DNA of 20,000 bases from an uncultured virus (IMG/VR IMGVR_UViG_3300037067_011710) (taxonomy: Duplodnaviria; Heunggongvirae; Uroviricota; Caudoviricetes): the IMG/VR virus record IMGVR_UViG_3300037067_011710, one strand, 5' to 3'. Below, one piece after another: positions 7,392 to 15,231 of this stretch. The translations under genes were made by a program, and so were the position numbers. The notes beneath the pieces are model-generated. The model ran no database searches and had not been told where the DNA came from. It saw nothing but the letters and a program-made list of their open reading frames with translations. Positions within the stretch are counted from its first letter, which is position 1, and each line of letters starts with the position of its first letter.

Positions 7392-8560
7392 TATCTCACG
7401 CTCTTGATTACAAATTTCGATTTCTTTGTTGGTGTCGGCTGCGCTCCCGGTCGTGTGGTTACCGTTCCACCCTTTTCCTTGAGTAGCCCCTCATAGTCGC
7501 TGTTGATATCTTGAAGGTCTTTAAGTTGAAACTTCAATTCGTTGAGTTCTTCAAGAAAACTTTGGGTATCTTCCTGAGAAATAAGCGGCATAAACGTATT
7601 GGGATCGGTTTTGCCGGAATTTGTTTTCAGGTTCGTTTCAAGAGCTTTTATCTTCAGCTCAATATTAAGCCGGTCAACTTCGTTTTTAGACTGTGACTTG
7701 AGAATATCACGCCGTTCGTCGCTGGTCAATCTGTTCTGCTGAATAGATGCTCTCCATGACGCTATCCGGTTACGTTCAGCGTCATTTAATGCCTTCTGTG
7801 CTGCTGCTGCTTCAAGACGTTTATTTATTGCAATCTGATTAGCCGTCTGTTGTGCCTTTATTGGTCCTTCCATTCCTTTTACCGGCTGTTCGCCTATGGC
7901 TTTATACGTCTGTGCTTGTGTTTGGCCGGGAACAAATTTACCCATTTGCCTCGCGTACTGTTCGGCTTCGGCAGTTTGCATCTGAGGACCAAGTTGTTCT
8001 TTGGTCACCCCGTATTTCTGGCCGATCGCTTCTACCTCGGTAGGTGTGACAGGTCCCTTATCTGCTGTACCTTTGGCACCAATGGCCTGTAACGTTTCGG
8101 GTGTCATACCCTCTTTGTAAACACCCATCTTATCGACTTCGGTATCGGGAGTAACCTTACCCTGTGATCGCGCTTCGATGTCACCAATTGCCTGTTGAAT
8201 TCTCTTTCTGGCAGCGATTTTATTGTAGCCTTCAAGCGCTTTTACTATACGGGTATTGTATTCCGGCCCTTCCACTTTTCCCGGCTTAGCTATTTTTAGA
8301 AACGTTGATTTGTCCATATTAAAAGCATCTGAAAACTCATCGTCAGGAATATCCTGTACAAAAGCGCTTACTTCGGAATAAACCTGCCCATTGGTTACCT
8401 GTCCCTCTTTGATGGCGTCGTTGAAAAGCTGCATCTTCTCGTATTCCATTTTTTGCTGCGGATATTTTGCAATCCTGTCGGCAAGGTCTATTCCGAGAGA
8501 CGCTATCCAATCGTACTGAGGAACAAATTGAGCTGTATTATGGCCGTAGAAATCGCCCAT
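7391..8560 (-). CDS. 389-aa putative ejection/DNA-transfer protein (helical, coiled-coil)
   Basis: Long ORF coupled by TAATG at both ends. Q/A/K/E-rich with a C-terminal coiled coil and a KFVIKSVR tail. Sits between the pilot-like gene and the giant gene, as P22 gp20 or T7 gp15 do (positional inference). Confidence 0.75.
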   Translation of the reverse strand: MGDFYGHNTAQFVPQYDWIASLGIDLADRIAKYPQQKMEYEKMQLFNDAIKEGQVTNGQVYSEVSAFVQDIPDDEFSDAFNMDKSTFLKIAKPGKVEGPEYNTRIVKALEGYNKIAARKRIQQAIGDIEARSQGKVTPDTEVDKMGVYKEGMTPETLQAIGAKGTADKGPVTPTEVEAIGQKYGVTKEQLGPQMQTAEAEQYARQMGKFVPGQTQAQTYKAIGEQPVKGMEGPIKAQQTANQIAINKRLEAAAAQKALNDAERNRIASWRASIQQNRLTSDERRDILKSQSKNEVDRLNIELKIKALETNLKTNSGKTDPNTFMPLISQEDTQSFLEELNELKFQLKDLQDINSDYEGLLKEKGGTVTTRPGAQPTPTKKSKFVIKSVR

Positions 8561-9015
8561 TAACCCATCCTTGTCGGGGTGCTTTTTCCATATAGAGAAG
8601 AAATAAATTGTTGCATGTCAACACCATTCTTTGAAAGCATACTCAGTGAAGTCCCGAGATTGGCGATCGATGATTTATTCGCTACCTCACGGTTCATCAT
8701 TTTTTCGTAACTGAATTGATTCTCATTCAGCTTCAATTGACGTTTCTTCAATCCAGTCTGTATTGCCTGTTCTTTCAGGGTATCACTCCTGGCAATTCCT
8801 GCAAGCTCTAGAGATTGTTCTCCTGCCTTTTTTTGCGCCCTGTTACTGGCTACTCCCGCAGCAGTGGTTGCCGTAGCTGCTATAATGGCAGCAATAATGG
8901 CGCTTATTCCAAAATCAGCATACAAAACACCTTCTGGTGGCTTATCGAATATTACAAGTGCTACTGCCGACAAAAAAAGAATATTTAAAAAAATATCTTT
9001 AACTGTAACTTTCAT
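8560..9015 (-). CDS. 151-aa pilot/ejection-like protein with hydrophobic N-terminal leader
   Basis: Hydrophobic FGISAIIAAIIAATATTAAG followed by SNRAQKKA and a Q-rich helix, resembling P22 gp7/T7 gp14-type proteins. It carries an extra ~33-aa hydrophobic N-terminal extension. Confidence 0.7.
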   Translation of the reverse strand: MKVTVKDIFLNILFLSAVALVIFDKPPEGVLYADFGISAIIAAIIAATATTAAGVASNRAQKKAGEQSLELAGIARSDTLKEQAIQTGLKKRQLKLNENQFSYEKMMNREVANKSSIANLGTSLSMLSKNGVDMQQFISSLYGKSTPTRMG

Positions 9016-9016
9016 A

Positions 9017-11779
9017 CTACGCCTTTCCTATCGTTCCATCGTCATCGAAGTAATAACTTTGATTTTTACCATCCGGCATTTTTAATGTGAATCCAACCGC
9101 TTTCGGAGTCTCAAGATAGCTTACAAGCTGACCGGTTATAGACGTTCCCATCTTTGCCGTCGATCCAAGCGGATCAGTTATTTTGAATCCAATTATTTTA
9201 CCAAGACTTTCATCCATCGTTATTTTAAACGCCGATGAAAGCGTGGTACTCCTTCTGTTTTTATTGTCAGTTTCCTGTGTAACATTACTTGATAAATATT
9301 TTGTATCAGGTAATTCAAGATAATAATCGGATTTTTTCAAAGCAGTTGGATCGTTCTTCAATACTTCAAACAACTTTTTTGAATTATTGATGGAAAGTAA
9401 TTCCGAATAGTTTCCGACATTCAATGCGTTCAATCCGCTAACCCCGGTCTTATACGCTTCGATAGTCGGATATCCCGACTTCTCCCATTCCTGACGATCA
9501 ACGGTTATTCCATATTTATCGGCATCTTTCTGAAGCGTATTCCACGCCGTAGTTTCCTGCGAAGTAGAAGCGAATTTATATCCCGTAGTTCCCCTGTCAA
9601 CTGAAACTTTAGTTGCGGCTACCGTGGAAGCTTCTTCGGGTATGGTCCATATCTGATTACCTTGAGAATCATTCAGGCCTATAATGTTACCCTTTTCCCC
9701 ATAAACAGGTACAGCCCCTTGGGTAACGCTCAACATTGCTGCGAGTTCGGCAACCTGCTTTATCTGCTTCGCCTGCTTCGGATCGCTTATCACAAGTTCC
9801 TGGTACCATTTTTCTTTTTCAAGACCAGCAAGCGCAGCATCGGTTTGAGAAATAGTGGTTGCCGCATACTGGTTGTCGGCCCATGACGTATCATACATCC
9901 CTGTATTTCCACTGGCCTCCCAATATGCCTGAAGTAATTTATCAGCCTGCTTATCTGTTTTCGGATTCCACCCGGCTACATTTTTCATCGTCCCGAAATA
10001 ATTGGCAAGAGCTGTTCCGGCCTCACTGTCTTGTTGTCGCTGTGCTTCATCCCTTATGATATCAAGTTTATCGGCTTCTATCTCAAGACTTCCCGAAACA
10101 TGTTTGCCATCTTTTTCGTACCCAAACAGTTGAGCTTCATCCAGAGTAAGCCCCTGCTTTTTTATGGCAAGTTCGTCTCCCATTATTTCGAGACTTCCGG
10201 CAATATGCTTACCGGTTGTCTCGTCGGTATATCCATAAAGTTGCTGCGCGGCCCTCTGATCCTCGGCATTAAGTATACCCATTCTGCCTTTAACAACCTC
10301 ACCGGTGGTTTCATCAGTATAGCCCTCCAATTCTCTCCGCTGCAATTCCACCGTTTTTTCGTTAAGGCCAAAACTTTTGGCCGATAAAGAAAGAGCACCA
10401 TCAACATGCTGAAGCTCGGTACTCCGACGCGAAATCTCGCTCGGATCGGATATTACTTCTCCGGTTTCCTGATCGTAGTAATACCCGTAGAGCGAACTCA
10501 CTTCCTGTCCCGCTCTCTCGGCCGCAATCTGAACGCTACCCTTTACCCATTGCCCTGTCTTGGTATCAACATAACCTTTGATTTGTGCTTCGGTCAAATT
10601 AAGTCCCTGCCGGTTGATTGCATCAGCGCTATTCGCAAGCTCAAGAGTTCCCATAACATGAACTTTATTTCCCAACGCATCAGTCGTATCATACCCGTAT
10701 GCTGCATCGGCGGCTCTTTTATTTTCGTCGGAAAGAAGATCATACCGCCCGGCATGCTTTACTCCATCCTCGTCGGTCCATCCCCACATTTCTTTTTTCT
10801 GTTCCTCAAAAGTCTTTCCCTGAAGATCAAACTGTCCTGCTGATATTTCAAGGCTTCCAGCAATACGATTACCGTTTTCATCGGTATACCCATAAAGGGT
10901 TGCCTCTTGCATATCGATACCCTTTGACGTGAAATAAGTATCGGTATTTTGACGCATCTGTGCATATTCTTCCGGAGTCAGATCGGTTCCAAGCTCCTTA
11001 TTTATTCTGTCTACCGAATAACCAGAAGCGATACGCGACATTATTGACCCCTGCTGCTGATCGAGCGTCGTCTGTTCCGCCTGGGTAACTCCTATTCCAC
11101 CCATTTGAACATCCTGCTGCTGCTTGGTACGGGCATAGTTGCGCTGTTCGGTCATAGTATTGAGATCGGGAGCCACTCCACCGAACATCGATGTGTATGC
11201 CGTTTGTAGCGACTTAAGACCTTCGGGTGTACTCGGGTCATACGTGGTGAGCATACGCTCCCAATCAGTTTGCTTCTGTGCTTCTGCCGTCGCCTTTTCA
11301 GCCTGTGTCTGCTGACGTTCGGCGAGTTGTTGTCCCATACCCGACAGTCCTCCGCTTACCAACTGGGTTGCCGCCGTATTCGCAAGGCTTTGCTTCTGGC
11401 TGGCAATTTCTCCCATCATTTTTGACCGTTCACCGCTCAGGTTTCTGGCGGTGGTCTGGGCAACGCTTCCGATACCCTCTTGAGTAAGACCTGCCTGTGC
11501 CCCTTCCTGTTTGGCTGCTCCCATAGTCGCCATTGCTGCGCCACCGAATTGTTGTCCAGCACGGTTCTCAAGGTTCTGAAAAATCGGACTGGTTCCCGCC
11601 GCCATCTCTCCAATAGCACGCATACCCTGATCATAGTATGTCTTAGGGTTACCCATTCCTACAGACGTGCTCGAAGATTTCGGAGCTGTAACCATTCCGG
11701 TGCCAATGGCTGTTGTGGCTGGTTTTGCGTCACCACCCCAAACGTCATCTGGAATATCATCCATCCAGCTTTTTGCCAT
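9017..11779 (-). CDS. 920-aa repeat-containing putative ejection/internal virion protein
   Basis: Long ORF with an N-terminal G/A/Q/M-rich helical region, eight central GY-x-D...G...G-(S/R/T/A)-hydrophobic repeats and an AT-richer C-terminal domain. Confidence 0.75.
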   Translation of the reverse strand: MAKSWMDDIPDDVWGGDAKPATTAIGTGMVTAPKSSSTSVGMGNPKTYYDQGMRAIGEMAAGTSPIFQNLENRAGQQFGGAAMATMGAAKQEGAQAGLTQEGIGSVAQTTARNLSGERSKMMGEIASQKQSLANTAATQLVSGGLSGMGQQLAERQQTQAEKATAEAQKQTDWERMLTTYDPSTPEGLKSLQTAYTSMFGGVAPDLNTMTEQRNYARTKQQQDVQMGGIGVTQAEQTTLDQQQGSIMSRIASGYSVDRINKELGTDLTPEEYAQMRQNTDTYFTSKGIDMQEATLYGYTDENGNRIAGSLEISAGQFDLQGKTFEEQKKEMWGWTDEDGVKHAGRYDLLSDENKRAADAAYGYDTTDALGNKVHVMGTLELANSADAINRQGLNLTEAQIKGYVDTKTGQWVKGSVQIAAERAGQEVSSLYGYYYDQETGEVISDPSEISRRSTELQHVDGALSLSAKSFGLNEKTVELQRRELEGYTDETTGEVVKGRMGILNAEDQRAAQQLYGYTDETTGKHIAGSLEIMGDELAIKKQGLTLDEAQLFGYEKDGKHVSGSLEIEADKLDIIRDEAQRQQDSEAGTALANYFGTMKNVAGWNPKTDKQADKLLQAYWEASGNTGMYDTSWADNQYAATTISQTDAALAGLEKEKWYQELVISDPKQAKQIKQVAELAAMLSVTQGAVPVYGEKGNIIGLNDSQGNQIWTIPEEASTVAATKVSVDRGTTGYKFASTSQETTAWNTLQKDADKYGITVDRQEWEKSGYPTIEAYKTGVSGLNALNVGNYSELLSINNSKKLFEVLKNDPTALKKSDYYLELPDTKYLSSNVTQETDNKNRRSTTLSSAFKITMDESLGKIIGFKITDPLGSTAKMGTSITGQLVSYLETPKAVGFTLKMPDGKNQSYYFDDDGTIGKA
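10085..10897 (-). repeat. Eight imperfect protein-level tandem repeats (helix + GY-x-D-x2-3-G-x3-4-G-S-L hairpin)
   Basis: LYGYTDENGNRIAGSL; MWGWTDEDGVKHAGRY; AYGYDTTDALGNKVHVMGTL; IKGYVDTKTGQWVKGSV; LYGYYYDQETGEV..HVDGAL; LEGYTDETTGEVVKGRM; LYGYTDETTGKHIAGSL; LFGYEKDGKHVSGSL. Confidence 0.85.
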
Positions 11780-11788
11780 AGTAGAGCC

Positions 11789-12211
11789 TTATGCTGAAAA
11801 GTAAATTTCTGTAAATGTAGAACTTGACCCCGCCAGATAAACAGAATGGACGCAACACTGGTGACGTGTACGGGTAGTAAGAGTATTAACTATATGCTTC
11901 TGATATCGTGTAGCCCCGTTTCCCCACTCCGCTCCGTATCCAATTTCGTCCATCTCAATCACCGCATCGGTATAAGTTGTCTCACCGGATACTCGATGCA
12001 TGTAAATACCACGACAAGAAAATGGAACATGCCACTCTGCTTGATTCGGACACAATTGCCATCCTGCTCCATCCCATAGATTAAATTGCCATCCGGCAAT
12101 GTTTGACCGTATCGCAGCTTGTCCGTGTTCTCCCAATATGGCATGAACCGGATTCCCGCCCGGAACTGTCGAGTGGTACATAATCGGTACTTGGTCATTG
12201 TTCATCGGCAT
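11789..12211 (-). CDS. 140-aa hypothetical protein (beta-rich, possibly structural)
   Basis: SD GAGGT upstream (TAGAAAGAGGTAGTTATG). Fills the gap between neighbours. No recognised motif. Confidence 0.7.
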   Translation of the reverse strand: MPMNNDQVPIMYHSTVPGGNPVHAILGEHGQAAIRSNIAGWQFNLWDGAGWQLCPNQAEWHVPFSCRGIYMHRVSGETTYTDAVIEMDEIGYGAEWGNGATRYQKHIVNTLTTRTRHQCCVHSVYLAGSSSTFTEIYFSA

Positions 12212-12223
12212 AACTACCTCTTT

Positions 12224-12640
12224 CTATAAAATATACGCAAATTCAGTGAAAGCAAATGAATTATTTACACTAATCACTTCTGCAGGCATTTCAGTAACCG
12301 TATATGTCTCACTTACAATTGCCGCTCCCATCCCGGAACTGAATCCCGCCGGTGTCAGCCGAATGGTAAACGTATCTCCAACATTGAGCGTTACCGGCAA
12401 GGTGTACCCAAAGGAAAATGTATAGACAAGACGTTCCGTGTCTCCGCTTCCAGCCGTCACCCTTGGGCAAAGCCAATAAATATCATTCGCAACATCAGAA
12501 TATGGCCCTATCGGTACTTTAATCGGATCGTTCTCGGTGAGTTCGGTGTATCCACCACCGTTAATATTTATCTCGGCCATCCAATACCGAACGCCCTGTA
12601 CCACATTGGCAATCGTTATCCTGTCTCCAATTGCTGGCAT
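12224..12640 (-). CDS. 138-aa hypothetical protein (beta-rich, possibly structural)
   Basis: TAATG-coupled to the 860-aa gene, with GGGAGG upstream. T/V/G-rich beta-strand pattern. Confidence 0.7.
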   Translation of the reverse strand: MPAIGDRITIANVVQGVRYWMAEININGGGYTELTENDPIKVPIGPYSDVANDIYWLCPRVTAGSGDTERLVYTFSFGYTLPVTLNVGDTFTIRLTPAGFSSGMGAAIVSETYTVTEMPAEVISVNNSFAFTEFAYIL

Positions 12641-15222
12641 TAGTTTACCCTCCCGATCACATGCATCGTGTGCGCTGTCGGATCATCGTTCATTATTCCG
12701 TACCTGTTTTTTACCTTCGACCGGTAATAATAGTTCAACGGAACTCCTGCAGGAATTCTGATCTGAATTGAATCCGTTCCTGACTCATTAAACCACCCTA
12801 TCATTGGAGCAATAATCGTTCTTCCTCGGTTTATCCATGTAGTGCATGCCTCCGCAGAATCACCGATATCAGTAGAAAATTTCAGTGTCCCGGTATCCCC
12901 TATACGAACGTAATCCCAATCAACATCACGCTGCACCCGGGCCGCGAAGGAAGAAATGATAGGTTTGATCGAAAATATCACGCTGTCGGTATGGTTTCCG
13001 GTGATCACATACGATCCGGTTGCCGATGTCCCGCTGTACGTGCCGCCGTACCGCACGAAGGTCCATCCTGACGTTGGTACAGACACATAATTTATCGTAG
13101 TCCCATAAGGTCTAGAAAGGCCTCCTGCGATAGTCCACGTACCCAATCCTATTATGGTAGTGTCGACGGTAAACGAATCAATATCAAAATACGCCGTAAC
13201 CGTCCCGTCACCGCTTGCCGTGGCAGTGGTGGTCGAATCGGTGGTATCGGCTATTGCGATATCGGTAGTCGATCGAGTCCAGCGTACAAAGCCGTAATGT
13301 GCGTCGCTGGTGGCAGTTATATTGGTTGCCACGCCTCCTTCTACTGCCGTCGGTCCTGATGGAGTAGTAGATCCGTTCCCAGCGTCAGTAACGGTGAGAG
13401 TGCGTATTACAGCGGCGATATTAAGGGTTGCCGCGGTAGAGGTATCGGCCCCCCTTGGATCGGTCGCTATGCACCGGTATAGATATCCGTCCTCTGCTGT
13501 CGCCGCGGCCCAAGTGAGAGTATCATTGTCAGATGATGCAACATCGTCGTATCCTCCCCCGTCATTTACCTGCCATTTATACGTTATGGCCCTTGTGCTG
13601 GTTGCGGTAATATGAAATATCACTGTCTGACCATCCGACACGGTGGTGTCGTGCGGATCAAGTGTGATCGTCGCGGTGTCATAAATACCACCAAAATAAA
13701 TTGAGTCCGACGAATCGGCTGAATACTGATCCTCCACATACGGAGTAAACCACCCTACCGGTACATTCGAACCTGGAACGTATACTATTTGGGTGTCATT
13801 CGAACTGACAGTCGTCACAATAGTGTCATTAATTTTCAGACTGTCTTTTGTCCTATTACCGTACCAACCGTGATTAATCAACGTGTCATTTGCGTAAACT
13901 GTATCACCGTCAACTTTTACACCACCGCAGGTAACCGAGTCCTGCTTAATCGAATCAAGGATAACGTCGATTATTGCATACCCAGTATCGACTGAATCGC
14001 CGTCGCAGTTATAAGCGATGAGCGGAATCGAATCTCTTTGAATGTCAACAAGAGAGTCATCAAATACAAACGTGGTATGATTAAGAGAGATGTGATCAGG
14101 CAGCGTCCCGATAGGTGCAACCGAATCGCACGAGTCACACTTTCCTGTAAATTCAAAAGTAACCCCAACGGTACACGGTGCAAATGTCGTATCATGCCAA
14201 AGTGGATCATCGCAAGATTCCTCTGAACCGTATTCATACGGACCGATCTCCTGCGTCGTTCCGTGACTTACTCCGTCTTTATCAGTAGTAAAGTTAAACG
14301 GAGCGGCATCAGAGTGAGTACTTGTCCCGGAATCGATAAGATTCGAACCGGAAAGCAAATGAAAGTCCTCACTTCCCTCAGTGATAGAAGTGAACTTTGC
14401 TCCGGAAGATATTGAGTAAGCTATATTTCTTAATCCATCAGATGATCCTGTCGTATCGCTCGCTGCGCATGTGGTCATCGTTCTGGTTCCATAAAATCCA
14501 TAACCGCCTTCTGAGCGGGAAAAATGACCGTAAGTATTTTTCATGGTGAGAGTACCGGCGTCGTTGAAAACTCCGAACCATCCACCTATAATAATGGATG
14601 AATAAATGATGCATATGCCAGAGGTTACTGCTACACCTGCGTTGTCAAAAGATACATAAGTCGCTTCGTTTGGAGACGTGGTCTCTGTGTTCCATATTCG
14701 CACTAAAGCAGGAGATTGTACCCTTACTGCTTGACATGCAACTGTCGATGTTCCGTTCGTCTCAAACCGGCACCCTTCAATATTTACCGTATCTTGAGCC
14801 ACGATACAAGCCTGCAATGCGGTAACACCCTGAACTTTTATAGTAATATTCTTAAGCCATAGGTGTTCTTGCGTAATCGATATTCCAGACTTGTCGGTAT
14901 AAATTCGTGGATGATTTAACGAATCATTTATTATCATCACGTAACACGTATCACTTGTTGTCCAGTCATTGTTGAATGCAAACGGTATCGAGTCTTTCTT
15001 TGTTCCGCGGCAATGAATATGCATTATATTCCCACCGTCGTCAGTTAGGTTTTGAGAGAGGGTGTCCATTGCTGCGCTGTCTGTGGCAATAGCATTTGTC
15101 CATGAAGTTCCGTCGCCAAGCCCTCCGGAAACGTCAGTGTCTACATACCTGTCAATAACGGGAGGGGTAGCGGTAACTGCAAAAGCAAACAAGAAAAAGA
15201 TAATCCCTATTACTATTTTCAT
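12640..15222 (-). CDS. 860-aa exported multidomain protein: pectin-lyase-like beta-helix plus several Ig-like/IPT-TIG/InlB-B-repeat-like domains
   Basis: Signal-peptide-like MKIVIGIIFFLFAFAVTA. Beta-helix cap YVDTDVSGGLGDGTSWTNA and closing motif DFHLLSGSNLIDSG...IGPYEY. Ig domain PHDTTVSDGQTVIFHITAT...YKWQ...DGYLYRCIAT. B-repeat-like TLTVTDAGNGSTTPSG...YGFVRW...TVTAYF. Confidence 0.85.
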   Translation of the reverse strand: MKIVIGIIFFLFAFAVTATPPVIDRYVDTDVSGGLGDGTSWTNAIATDSAAMDTLSQNLTDDGGNIMHIHCRGTKKDSIPFAFNNDWTTSDTCYVMIINDSLNHPRIYTDKSGISITQEHLWLKNITIKVQGVTALQACIVAQDTVNIEGCRFETNGTSTVACQAVRVQSPALVRIWNTETTSPNEATYVSFDNAGVAVTSGICIIYSSIIIGGWFGVFNDAGTLTMKNTYGHFSRSEGGYGFYGTRTMTTCAASDTTGSSDGLRNIAYSISSGAKFTSITEGSEDFHLLSGSNLIDSGTSTHSDAAPFNFTTDKDGVSHGTTQEIGPYEYGSEESCDDPLWHDTTFAPCTVGVTFEFTGKCDSCDSVAPIGTLPDHISLNHTTFVFDDSLVDIQRDSIPLIAYNCDGDSVDTGYAIIDVILDSIKQDSVTCGGVKVDGDTVYANDTLINHGWYGNRTKDSLKINDTIVTTVSSNDTQIVYVPGSNVPVGWFTPYVEDQYSADSSDSIYFGGIYDTATITLDPHDTTVSDGQTVIFHITATSTRAITYKWQVNDGGGYDDVASSDNDTLTWAAATAEDGYLYRCIATDPRGADTSTAATLNIAAVIRTLTVTDAGNGSTTPSGPTAVEGGVATNITATSDAHYGFVRWTRSTTDIAIADTTDSTTTATASGDGTVTAYFDIDSFTVDTTIIGLGTWTIAGGLSRPYGTTINYVSVPTSGWTFVRYGGTYSGTSATGSYVITGNHTDSVIFSIKPIISSFAARVQRDVDWDYVRIGDTGTLKFSTDIGDSAEACTTWINRGRTIIAPMIGWFNESGTDSIQIRIPAGVPLNYYYRSKVKNRYGIMNDDPTAHTMHVIGRVN

Positions 15223-15231
15223 TTAAACCCC

